A stretch of DNA of 63,978 nucleotides, the filler included, from Octopus bimaculoides (Eukaryota), in the NCBI RefSeq assembly GCF_001194135.2. It is 4 parts of 3 records of this genome, joined end to end, with 100 filler letters (N's around TTAATTAATTAA, not from the genome) between each part and the next. Parts side by side here need not be neighbours in the genome. Positions count along the whole stretch, not along the records: positions 41,673 to 62,122 come from NC_068993.1; positions 62,223 to 63,978 come from NC_068982.1; 2 more parts are not named here. One strand, written 5' to 3'. Each line of letters starts with the position of its first letter. Position 1 is the first letter of the stretch. Made by a program: the position numbers and the translations under genes. Below, in pieces: positions 50,701 through 62,653 of the stretch. The notes beneath the pieces were generated by a model, which saw only the letters and a program-made list of their open reading frames with translations, had not been told where the DNA came from and searched no databases.

Positions 50701-53645
50701 GTATATGTGCCTGATCTAAGTCTAGCGTACACGTCACGAGATTGTGATCCGTGTAGCTGACTGTGTGGAATTGTGGACATCCTAAACTATCCCTATCTAT
50801 TGTCCTACACAGTATCCTATCTAGATACGATCTCGACGACCCATGCGATTGTTCCATGTCCACGTTGGCACATTTGGGTGTTCGAGTCGGTACCTGTCAG
50901 ACAGTTGAAAGCGTCTGAGCAGGTCTCTGAGGCATTTGCATCCTCTTCTATTACAGTCTCTCCCCACGTAGTCTAGATGCGTGTCCAAGGTAGCATTCCA
51001 ATCCCCCACTAAAAGTAAAGGTCGAGACGTTCCCAGGAATACTTCTGGACGTCGAAAGAAATCCGGCTGACCTGTTAAAGGTAGTACATAGACTGCTAGA
51101 AGTCGAAAAGCGCACCCATGGCTGCCGTCGACATCCAGAGCAACCAGTCTACCCTCCGGGTCTACGAATATCGTTTTGACTTCGAGATCCAGACTCTTGC
51201 GAAAAAGTACTGCCGTGCCACTACCGCCCATCCGCAGCAGACAGGGAGAAAAATAAATGTTAAACTGCCCGCCAAACATGGACTTTAGGGCCTGTGGCTC
51301 ATGGAGTCTGTTTCCAAGGGGACCCCAAGCTACGCGCATTCACACAATCAATCTTGATCATGATCCTATTGAGTTGTGTGCTTTAAAACACAAACGAAAG
51401 GAACAGAGAGTTACTTACTGTTCGAAAGTTTTGTCTCCTCCTTTGATTTTTCATCAAGGAGTCTATTGTACAGTTTTTGCATAAATATTTCTGGCAGCCC
51501 CCTACCGCATTGGGGTAGAGAGATTTTATTGTGTGGTGCAATGTTGGTGTGATGTGGTAAATTTTTATGTGTTCTGGTGGTGTTGTGTATGGGTGGTTGT
51601 TTGTTTTAATGTCGTTTTGTGTAATGTTTGTTTTTGAGTTGATGTATTTCATCAACTCTGTGTTTTTTGTGTCTATTGCTGTGACATCATTTTTGTACTG
51701 TTATCATTGGTGTTGTTTGTGTTAGAGTTGGGAGTGTTTTCGGGAGTTGTGAATCTCCCTGCTTTGTTGGTGTTTGTCTTTGTTCTTTTTTTCCCCTTTT
51801 CCTCCTTCCTTTTCTGGCTATTTGCCATTGCTCACTACTTTCGTCTTCCGATGAAAGTTCTGAGGAATCGGAAGGGGGTAGGGGCATGTCATATGGATCT
51901 GTGTTTGTTTGTGTAGGTGGTTGTGCTGTTGCTTTTGTTGTTGTTGGTTGTTGACTTTCTGGTTGTGGTGTATGTGATATGGGGGAAAGGGGGATCAGTT
52001 TTTGTATTGCCTTTTGGTTTTACTGTTTTAGTTCTTGCTGTTGTAGGTGTTTTTCTAGATGCTGTTGTATGTTCAATTGTTGGTGTTGGCGTGTGTGTTT
52101 CTTTTGTTTTACTCTCTTTGCTTGTTCTCTGTGTTGATGGTGGTGTGGGTAGTAAGCGTTCTTTTTTCCTTGTACTCATTCCTTATTGTGGTTGTTGTTC
52201 TTGCTCTTGTTTTTGTTGATTTTTCTTTGCTGTTGAGCAGTGGAGGTGCTCTTCGCTGCCATACAGGTAACAGCGAGGCCTCCTACCTTCTACGACTACA
52301 TAAAGATTATGGCAGTCTGGCAGAGGAATATGGTGTGGGATGCTGTTTATTTGGTTCTCATTAATTTGTAGCAATAATTGAATCCTTTTTCCCAACCAGT
52401 TTTCTTCCTGCGAAGTAGCATACTCGAGAATGTTGAAGTCCTCCTCCATGCGGTAACAAATGGCGGACAAAACAGTTTTCTTCCTGCGAAGTAGCATACT
52501 CAAGGATGTTGAAGTCCTCCTCCATGCGGTAACAAATGGCGGACAAAAGCAATTGTGACTCTACCTCAGGAGGGACATTCTTGATTGAAACTTTGGTCAC
52601 ACGTTGACCAAGGTAGGTCGGAATTAAAATTAGTTTTTCCGACTGTAGGGTGAGTGTCGACAGCTCTTTGGCTTTTTCTTGGCTGTCGAAGCGAACCTGG
52701 ATTGTGGCATATTTATTCCACCAGTTTACATATTTTTGGAAAACCCATATCGGGCGCAAGCATTTTTCAATGAGTTCTTAAGGTGCTTGTTCTGGTCTGC
52801 GTGTTTTTGCGTTTATGAGCTTGTATATTATTGTTCTCTTTCGTGTGGTCTCTATGATGTTTTGAGGAATGTTCAGGTGTAGACCTGAGCCCTTTTCTGT
52901 TAAGAGGGCTTTGGTTTGTTTGATTTGTTCTGGTGTGAAATGTAGAAGGGTATTTCTTTGTTTCAATGCTTCTGCGAAATTCGTGGTGGTGCTGTTTGTG
53001 GTGGTGGCAGGGGCGTCCGTTGTAGCAGCTGACGGTGAGGCTGTGGTGGTGGCAAAGGCGTCCGTTGTAGCAGTTGACGGTGAAGATGTGGTGGTGGTGT
53101 TGGTGCTTGTCTTTAAGGTCATAGCCTTTACGACGATATCGCTANNNNNNNNNNNNNNNNNNNNNNNNNNNNNNNNNNNNNNNNNNNNNNNNNNNNNNNN
53201 NNNNNNNNNNNNNNNNNNNNNNNNNNNNNNNNNNNNNNNNNNNNNNNNNNNNNNNNNNNNNNNNNNNNNNNNNNNNNNNNNNNNNNNNNNNNNNNNNNNN
53301 NNNNNNNNNNNNNNNNNNNNNNNNNNNNNNNNNNNNNNNNNNNNNNNNNNNNNNNNNNNNNNNNNNNNNNNNNNNNNNNNNNNNNNNNNNNNNNNNNNNN
53401 NNNNNNNNNNNNNNNNNNNNNNNNNNNNNNNNNNNNNNNNNNNNNNNNNNNNNNNNNNNNNNNNNNNNNNNNNNNNNNNNNNNNNNNNNNNNNNNNNNNN
53501 NNNNNNNNNNNNNNNNNNNNNNNNNNNNNNNNAAAGCCGAAATTAGTTTTACAAAATCGTGAAATACGCCACACAGGGCAGATTTCCCGTGCAAACAAGT
53601 TGCACAGCTGAATGTATCAGTTGTTGCACAACTTTTATATACAAA
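47701..53645 (-). mobile_element. L1/Tx1-clade LINE copy A, near full length, degenerate
   Basis: ORF1 pieces 53122-51416; ORF2 51361-48010 with EN, RT (RPITLLNADLKILAKVLAKRL..IHDN) and C-terminal zinc finger CTRCGQSDETVLHALVQC; 76-bp tandem duplication in ORF1 at 52397-52548. Confidence 0.95.
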
Positions 53646-53649
53646 AGCT

Positions 53650-55365
53650 TCATGAGACCACTGCTGAGACGCTTCCGAAAAAAGAAAAGCCGTTGGAAAA
53701 CAGATCATAGCAGCGACTCCATCTAAGAATATCTGAAGAAGGAATTGTATTCCGAAATATCATCGGACTATGGATAACTAAATTACAACAGGTATATAGT
53801 CCATTTTTTGTATTATAGTGCATTGCTAAACCATTCAAAACTTTTTATTCTTTACAAATACAAACAATACACAATTCTTCAAGCGAACTGCAATACTCTC
53901 CTATCTCTACGCCTGGGCCAGGCCGAGTTCGCAACCGCTGGGGAGTTGATCAAGCTATCTGAGAAACATGCTAAAATCGGATGCCAAATAAACTTTCTTA
54001 AACGCTGCCTAAAAAACAACAGCATTCCCAACACCATCAAGAACATACATCTACCCTCGTGTTTCTGCAGCCTTGCCCTTCGACGATCACTGAAATATAT
54101 ACGTACGGTCGTCATCAAAAAAATCATACACCATCTATACCAACAACTACATGAGCATATACGCAAATTCTCTGAAATAATATCCAGCATCACGTCAACC
54201 ATTGAACATACATACCGAAGAACAACCGCAGCTCAATACTACCACCACTGCATTGACCAAGAGAAGAAACGCCTCAGACTTAAATTCCAGTGGCTTTGTA
54301 CCAAATACCGACACAATTCGGCCTATTACACCAACACAGATGAACAGGACACGACCACAGAACGAGATAACACTAACACCAAGGACGCCAACACACCATC
54401 AGCAACAAAATCCCTAGTCACAGACTTGAGTAGGTTACTCTCCCATGAAGAACTAGAACTTCTCAATCTGGGCCCTAAATTTATCTTGAGCCAACAGCCG
54501 AATGGAAAAGTCTTATTCGACCTGGAAGCCAACTTTTGTCGAACAGCATACCAACTCAAATGGCTAACGGTAATAAAGAAGAACAACAACATACCCGGCA
54601 AATTTCCTACGTACCAATTAGACCACCCACTCCACCCTCCCCCAACCAACCAAGAACTCAACCACAAACTATCCAGATTGAAACAGTCTATCTCCAACAT
54701 CTTGAGGAAGGAATCGCATATAACCCCAAACTTAACCAAGGTGCAACATAAAACACTGACTAAACTAAAAAACAAAAAACCTTGTATACTTACCATCAGA
54801 TAAAGGAAAAGAAATCTGCGTGATTTCTTGTGAAATATATGATAGACTGGCACAAGAACATTTAAGCAATGACAGACTATATTCTGAAGTGACAGATATA
54901 ACTGCGACCAGGATTGAGGACCGAATTAACACCGCATGGACGAACATCTGTAGACGGAGACAAATACATAATAAATTCAAGAACAATTTCATCACAAAGA
55001 ACAGTAAGAATAGCAACACGATCCAGATTAGACCCATCGTCTCCAGTATGGAAGGACCTCTATATAAAATATCCTGGTTACTTTCTCACATCCTGAAACC
55101 CATACTCTCCACCTTTCCGGCACACGTCAAGAACTCCGACGAAGTCATCAAAAGACTGCACCATTTACCCCTAGACCAACTCAGGCAAAACAAATACGCC
55201 TTTAGTCTTGACCTTGTCTCAATATACACAATGGTGCCAGCACACTCAGCAGTCAACCTATAGACTGACTGCATAATAGCGTCCAACATCCAATGTTTCG
55301 AACTTACCGCAGCTGATATACAACAACTTTTGTCCATCATCGTGGACAACACCTATATGAAAACA
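53650..55365 (+). mobile_element. Penelope-like element, 5' part (terminal repeat, N-terminus, start of RT)
   Basis: INFLKRCLKNNSIP; LSHEELELLNLGPKF; NLTKVQHKTLTKLK; (P)SDKGK; IRPIVSSMEGPLYKISWLL; HVKNSDE; SLDLVSIYTMVP. Truncated before the RT catalytic core. CTGAAGA..GAAA hammerhead-like motif at 53733. Confidence 0.9.
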
Positions 55366-57892
55366 ATTTTTAACAACTTGTTTATCGATATATCATTGGA
55401 TTCATTTAATAACAGGCTAAATTTTCTATCTCCTATATCAGAAATCAAATCTCCATCAAAATATGGAGCTAGAACATTTCTCATAAAATTTGCACATTTT
55501 GTATGAAGCTACTTCACTTTGGACATAATATCATTCATTATCAGAGATATAATTCTTACATAGCTCTATTAAGTGATCACAGCTATTAAATGAGTGGCAA
55601 CAAATAAACATTGTTAAATTTGCTTCAAGCATAGATGTCTTATCATTTTTGGTTTTAATAAAATTGGTAAGAAGTATCATTTGCTGTGGAGTTGATGCCT
55701 TATGTTTCTTTGCTTTACAGTGGTTTACTAAAAGAGAATATTTCACCAACATATTACATCTACAATATCTGCCGTGTGCTTTAGATTGGTCACTAGGTAC
55801 TTCACACAACCACTTAGTAAACGCTGGCATCTTAAGTCATTCCTTTCGGAATTTTTGCTGGTACAACTTGGTATTTTCTTTGCCCATTTTAATGTAGTGG
55901 GATGCAAGAAAATAAATTGAATGATTAATAAAAATATAAAATTGAAAACACAATTTATCAGTTTGCCACCAACAATTCTTTCATTCGCCGTTAACAGTTC
56001 TTATGTTTGCTGCTTACAAATTCTTGAGGTGAAGAATACTGATTCAGTATGCAGGGTGGCCAACTTATAAATGGAAAAGTAAAATCTGCAGAACTCCTAA
56101 AATTGTGTTCTGATATAACTTAGATTGGTTTTCGGCCATTATCGGCCCAGGCCATGACTAACTCAATAGCACCTCCTGGAAAAGTCTTTTAGTTAATTAT
56201 TTCGTGACACCATGGACCACCCGAGCAGAAAGTTGTTGTTGGTTGAGACGTATCCAGGTGTGGGTGGTTCATCCGGTATTTCTTGGAGGAATTTGTGCAG
56301 GTACTGTTTGAAAATTGTGAGGTATTTTTCTACTATAATTTCTTTTGAGATAACATTGAAAAGTGCAGGACCATTTGCAGTGAAGAAATTGTGTCGCAAT
56401 GTTATCATGTGATGTGACCTCGACCTTTGTAGGGGACGCATTGTCTTGGGTGAATTGTAAACATAATGCCAATATCATTTGGATAATATTGGTAGAATAT
56501 TTTCCACATGGTACAAATAATGTATCGCTCACGGCGGCGTTGCAGAGAATAGAGCTTCAGCTGTTTAAGTCGAGCCCAAGAATCAAATCTCATCATATGC
56601 ACACTCCAACTAAGGTTTTTGTCGACTGTTACACCAAAGTCTCTGATATTATCCGACGGTTCAAGTAGATCTCCCGGCGGTAGTGTATATCGTTGTTTGA
56701 GTGTGCCCTCTTTTCCAAAACGGATGAGCTCAAATTTTTCTTCGTTCAACTGCATATTGTTTTTCTGTGCCCACTGGGTTACTTGCTCATAGGTCCCATT
56801 GAAACATTGTTCGATCATATTCTCCCTTAATGACTTTCTGGAGCTTAGAGTCATCTGCAAATATTTTTATGGTGCTATGTTCAATTAAATCTGCAATGTC
56901 ATTGATATAGACAATAAAAAGAAGTGGATCCAGCAAAGTACCCTGCGGGACTCTGCTGGTGACTTTTGTTGGTTTTGAGTGGATGCCATCAACTACAACA
57001 CGCTGGGTCCTATTTGTTAGGAAATACTTAATCCGTTGAAGTAGCATTCCATCGACTCCAGCGTTGAATAGTTTCTTTAACAGTATATTGTGGTTGACTC
57101 TATCAAAAGCCTTGCTGAAATCAAGGTATATGACACCCGCGTTGGAGCCCTCAGTTAGTGCATTTAAGTTGTCATCAAAGTAGTGGAGGAGCTTGCTTTC
57201 AATCTTACATTTAATATCTATTGGTAAAACCACAAATATAACTTACAATAATTGAAAAAATGTAGAAATATAAAGGGGGAGACCCCCGCCAACTCCATAC
57301 TTCTACACAAGATATATAATCAAAAACAAGCATGAAAAAACGCGTCTATTTTAAAACAGTCAAACTGAAAGTAAATCAGTCAACCTGTCATCACTACAGA
57401 ATAAAGCATTGTTAGGACGAATTTCCATGCTTTCATTCTTTGCAACATATTTACGTTATTGTGTAGTGAGTTCAGGTGCTGACATGAGTTATCTCTTCTC
57501 CCCATCCCCCCACCAGCACCACTCTGTATCCAAGCCGGGGTGGGGGTGTATGGAAAAGTTCATAACTTGATCTTCCTTTTGATAAATTTTCATTTGAAGT
57601 TTCATGAAAGTGAAAGAAAAATAACGAAAGTAGAAAAGGAGGAAAAAGAAGAAAAAAGGGTAACTACTGGGGAAATGTCATGATCAGAGGAAAACTATTA
57701 TTGGTAATGGGATAGCGAATGAAGAGTAATTGAACTCATCGGACTGCGTGCTATGTTTTATAGCTAACAATAAACAACAATAAAATCTAAAATGCTAAAT
57801 GAAATTTTAAACGTGCTATTTTCCCTGCTAAATGCTAAATTCAAAAATTTTCTGCTAAATCTAGCATAAAATATGCTAAATTTGCACCCATG
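55365..57892 (-). mobile_element. hAT-type DNA transposon 5' portion, interrupted by a LINE
   Basis: Transposase N-terminus 55886-55365: YQQKFRKE*L..FTKWL..KAH..CRC..L..HCKAKKH (zinc finger), CDHLIELCK, KCANFMRNVLAP, FSLLLNESNDIS. Putative TIR CATGGGTGCAAATT at 57892 with about five subterminal TTTAGCA repeats. Confidence 0.7.
56190..57235 (-). mobile_element. CR1/L2-like LINE 3' fragment (RT to 3' end)
   Basis: YLDFSKAFDRVNH, FLTNRTQRVVVDG, VPQGTLL.PLLF..YINDI, FADDSKL, YSLQRRRERY, NGPALFN, IPDEPPTPGY. Confidence 0.92.
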
Positions 57893-57949
57893 GTTCTTAT
57901 GTTAGCTCCTATTGCATGTGCAATCATTCTTTTCACCTAACTGTTGTTC

Positions 57950-58890
57950 TTAGGGTCCCGGGTGGGTATGGTCCAAACTACTCCAGCGCTCTGTGGTGCT
58001 TTTCTTCGCTGCCGAGCTGATGGTGGGTGGTCTTCCCCTCTGTGACCTGGTCATGTTTGTTTCGGTAGTTACAGTCATAACTTAGTTTAAGGAGGAGACC
58101 CAGTTCCTTCATATTGACTTCACGGAACTCTCCCTCACTCTCACAGTAATCTCAGTACATTTTTCCACAGCAAAATCTATGTCTATAGATGGATAGAATG
58201 AAACTACAACCCACTACACAATTTATGAGGTCGTTGGAGTAATTGCAGCTACTGATTCTACTTAGGAGATCCTCCGTGCTCACATCTGGGGACATTTCAA
58301 TGAGTGGTCGTAACACTTGTGAGAGGAAGTCGAATAGCCTATAATTGCTGGAGATATTCGCTCCGCAAACAGGCTGGGTTGAGGGTCCCATAACAGGGTT
58401 CACACAGGATGTATGGTCCTTACGTAACACGTATAGCGTAGGAACATCGTTGTTGAATACTTGGAAATTTTGTGCAGTCCTTTTCTTGGGTTGGAGTGTG
58501 TTGCACCACATTCCCATGTGTGTACTGAGGTGTGTTATGTTCATTGTTGTTACTGTTGTTGTTGTGGCTGTTGTTATTGTTGTGGGTGGCGTTGATGCTG
58601 GTGGTGGTGTAGATGATGTGGTTGGTATTGTTGTCTGTGTGGGGGATGTTGCGGTTATTGTTGTCATTGTTGTTGTTATTATCATCGCTATTGCTGTTGT
58701 TATAATTGTTGTTTTTGGTTTCGTACATTTGTGTTGTTGCTGTTGTTATAGTTGTTTGTGTAGGGGATGTTGTGGTTATCATTGTTGTTATTGTTATTGT
58801 CACTATTGTTGTTATCATTAACATTGCTATTGCTATTGTTGTTGTTTTTGGTTTCGTATGCTTGTGTTGTTGTTGTTGTTTATTGTCCTA
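57950..58890 (-). mobile_element. Second Penelope-like RT fragment with Thr/Asn-rich low-complexity linker
   Basis: PTLYVLRKDH..GPSTQPVCGA..SNYRL..LSQVL..STEDLLSRI..VVG..YPSIDIDFAVEKC. Confidence 0.75.
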
Positions 58891-59264
58891 ACCTCCATCT
58901 TATTTTTAAGATCGTTTTTTTCAATCTCAGATAGACAATCAAATCAATTTTTCTCGCCTGCTTATATGTAGCAAATAGTTTATTAAACTAAATTAGAGGT
59001 AAACGTATTGATTTATAGCGATTGTAGCTTTAGCAATTTTAGTTATTTTATATAAAAAAATTTTTTGTCAATTCTATTTAGTATCGTTTAAGTTTTCCTT
59101 TGTTTACATAGTTGTAATGATCATAACTATTGCGCACAAATATGAATGACGCGATACTATAGAATAATTAATTAGCAGTTTTTGATATGTCATTTTCTTT
59201 TTGTTTTTTTTACTTCCATATTTTAGCAAACATACGCGCAATTACATGATATTGTTACTGCTCT

Positions 59265-59298
59265 TTCTCCCCACTCTATCTCTATTTCTCTCTTTCTC

Positions 59299-59335
<37 letters not shown>

Positions 59336-59345
59336 GTATATATAT

Positions 59346-59396
<51 letters not shown>
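59265..59396. repeat. (CT)n-(TA)n microsatellite
   Basis: Direct reading. Confidence 0.95.
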
Positions 59397-59397
<1 letters not shown>

Positions 59398-60031
59398 CAC
59401 CTAGTTCACCCTAACTGCAACACCACCACTAATAACAATTATTATGTATAACAAACGCACGCCCACAACTATGTCCTACATATTTGTTTATAAGTATGTA
59501 TATATATACTGATAACGTTTTATTTAAATATATACATTACCAAAACGCACACATCTGAGCGTGTCATGGGTCGACCAACACGTTGGAACATAACTCCTTT
59601 CAGAAAATTCTCCTCTGAGGAAATACCCAATTAACCAGTTTCAATATGAAAATTTTAAATTAATTTAATTTAATTTAGTTTCTCTAATTGAATTAATTGG
59701 ATATGGAAACGGCTATAGGGATAGGAATTTCATATTATATTGATTTGAATATCTTTGAATAAACTGATGTCTATACGTCTATTTTATTTTTTCATATNNN
59801 NNNNNNNNNNNNNNNNNNNNNNNNNNNNNNNNNNNNNNNNNNNNNNNNNNNNNNNNNNNNNNNNNNNNNNNNNNNNNNNNNNNNNNNNNNNNNNNNNNNN
59901 NNNNNNNNNNNNNNNNNNNNNNNNNNNNNNNNNNNNNNNNNNNNNNNNNNNNNNNNNNNNNNNNNNNNNNNNNNNNNNNNNNNNNNNNNNNNNNNNNNNN
60001 NNNNNNNNNNNNNNNNNNNNNNNNNNNNNNN

Positions 60032-62054
60032 TATATATATTGATATAAATAGCTATTATTCAAGCATATCCCCAATACTTCTAAATAAGGCTCTTATTTT
60101 TGCTAACAATCGCTCTCTCATTACTAGGGATAAGATCGATATTATTTTGTTAGCTAGAAGAACTATTATTGAATTTGATGATAAGCTCTGGACTAGGGCC
60201 GATACCCCAGATAACTTCGATATAGCAATGGGGTCGAGCGACTCGGCTGAAATTACGAATCTAGTAGGAGCATACCTCTTATATAGCTTAAATAAAGAAA
60301 TCCCAGAGCTAAGGGGCAGTCTATATAGAGATGATGCTTTATTCATCATCCCTAGTAATAATAAATCGTTCATTGAAAGAATAAGAAAGAGAATTAGAAA
60401 TTTTTTTAGAAGTTTCAACCTAAATATTACATATGAATATGGTAATAAGATTGTTAATTTTTTAGACGCCACTCTTAATATAGAAGCTAGATTATACTAT
60501 CCATATAGAAAAGAGAATGAAGTTACTAGATATGTAAATAGATTATCTAATCACCCACCAAATGTATTAAATTCTATAGTTAAAAGTATTTCTGAGAGAA
60601 GCAAAAGTCAAACATAAAATAATAATAATAATAATAATCATAGATGTTATAACAAGCCTAATAACTTAATTAGTAGTGATGATGGACCAAATAAAAAGCA
60701 ACCCTATATACCTAAGAATTTAACTAATAAGAAAAATAATAAAGTACATTTTAAAAGTAGACTACATGCTAACACTAGTGGTAAACCTGTGTTAGTAAAT
60801 AGTAATGGCAAAGCAAATGATATAAATAAAAAGTATTCCACAACAAAAAGAACTACCAATCATAATAATAATATTGTTCTGGGAAATAATAGTAATCAAA
60901 GTATACCCTATATCCACTCACACAATAAATTTAAGAGAAAAAATAAAAACTCTATCTGGTTAAATATCCCTTTCAACTGTGCAATATCCACGAATATTTA
61001 CAAAAAATTTATGAATATTTTACAAAACAATTTCCCTTCTTCCCACAGATATAGTAGAATTTTTTCTTGTCATACAGTCCGAATTTCTTACTCTACCCTT
61101 CCTAATGTAGGTACAATCATAGCTAGGTTAAGCAAAAAGAACATTAGGTTAACTAGAATCAATGAAGTTAAGAATAGTGGATATGGTTATATGAATATAA
61201 ATAATAATCTAACAAATGCCAATAGTAATATTGCTAATAATTACATAAATAGAAGTAGAAATAATAGTGACAATGGAAATTATGAGGATAATAATAATAT
61301 GCTTAGTCCTGCCAACCATAATTTTAACCAACAAAAAGAATGCAGCAGTATTGATGTTGAGAGTTTAATTGAAGTAGATGATGGGTTCAACTCCAATGAA
61401 AATAATGGAAATCAGGGATCTAGTTCATATAATATCAATATGCCTAATGTTGAAGGAATAATTCTAACTGATAGCACATCAGGAAACGAGTTAAATAATG
61501 ATGGAAATGATCAAAATATACCTAATAGTAGAATTGAGGAAGGGATAAATAATATTAGTGTAAATAATTGTAACAATAATAATAGAGATATTAGTAATGA
61601 TATAGGTGTGGTTGATAGCTCCACTAGGTGCAACTTCAGAAATAAGTCCTATTGTCCGTTATTAGGCAGATGTTGCACCCGTAACGTAGTGTACAAATGC
61701 ATTATAAGTACGATAACCGAGAATTATATTTACGTAGGATGTAGCATTAATCTGAAACAGAGAATACATAACCATAGGTCTTTTTTTAGACTAAGACATA
61801 AGGCAAATAGTACGACATTAGCAAATAAAATTTGGGAGTTAAAAGATAATGGTATTAGTTTTAGCCTTAAATGGGAAATTATAAGAAAAGCTCAACCTTA
61901 TAGAAATAGTAGATATGGATGTGAATTATGTTCTATGGAAATATATGAAATTCTTAAACTTAGAAATAATCCTAACCTAATCAATAATAGATTAGACCTT
62001 AGAGTATCGTGTGTACACTGCTCTACTCGCACTTTTAAATTTTTTAAAAAGTAG
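60032..62054 (+). mobile_element. Third Penelope-like element: RT core plus GIY-YIG, one reading frame with a single stop
   Basis: FDIAMGSSDSAEITNLVG, LYRDDAL, VNFLDATLN, SNHPP, IWLNIPF..TNI, SYSTLPN, CNFRNKSYCPLLGRC..VVYKC..YIYVGCS..LKQRIHNH..LKWEII..CELC. The ORFs at 60147 and 60789 share a frame, separated by TAA at 60615-60617. Confidence 0.93.
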
Positions 62055-62244
62055 TTAAAATTATCAAAATATGGTATTTTAACTTCTACCATGTTCATCT
62101 TGGGCTACTAATTAGCACATATNNNNNNNNNNNNNNNNNNNNNNNNNNNNNNNNNNNNNNNNNNNNTTAATTAATTAANNNNNNNNNNNNNNNNNNNNNN
62201 NNNNNNNNNNNNNNNNNNNNNNATATATATACATAAAGTGTTTG

Positions 62245-62560
62245 CGTCAGGGTGGCTCAGAGTATCTGTCCAACTTTGGAACTGCTAGCATCCATTTCCT
62301 CTTGCCATAGAGTACTCCCAAACAATCTCTCAGATCATGGATTTACCTAATAAATCCTCGTTTTGACAATTGGATTTCTCCTCCCTTTCTAGATATAATG
62401 AGCGACAATAACTATCATTGATGAGGAAGTTTCTTCCACTGTTACACATGTTTAACCCATCTCTCTCCGATGACGGTATACTCAACCTATGGAATCCTCA
62501 CTCGACACAATGTTCTAATGTCTGGGATATTCTCGAAACAGCCGTCAGAGACTATCTAAA
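62245..62560 (+). mobile_element. Possible Tc1-like remnant
   Basis: CAGGGTGGCTCAGAGTATCTGTCCAAC resembles Tc1/mariner TIRs; NVWDILETAVR resembles the Tc1 ENVW motif. Confidence 0.35.
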
Positions 62561-62621
62561 CCTTTTATTATATAGCTAAATTAAATGCCCTTGTCAAGCC
62601 TTGCCAAACTGTATGTATGTA

Positions 62622-62653
<32 letters not shown>

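Noticed and set aside
52397-52548. 76-bp tandem duplication in ORF1 of copy A
   Set aside because: A frame-breaking, copy-specific lesion (or assembly slip) with no sign of function.
43243-54853. Antisense ORFs overlapping LINE and PLE coding regions (e.g. 44572..44817, 50205..50687, 54326..54853)
   Set aside because: Shadow ORFs of the GC-richer TE coding strand.
58152-58891. Mucin-like Thr-rich ORFs
   Set aside because: Low-complexity (ACA/AAC) linker contiguous with a Penelope RT fragment; not a cellular mucin.
22113-62178. Recurrent TTAATTAATTAA motif (three times)
   Set aside because: Always centred in 44+44 Ns; a synthetic six-frame-stop scaffold linker.
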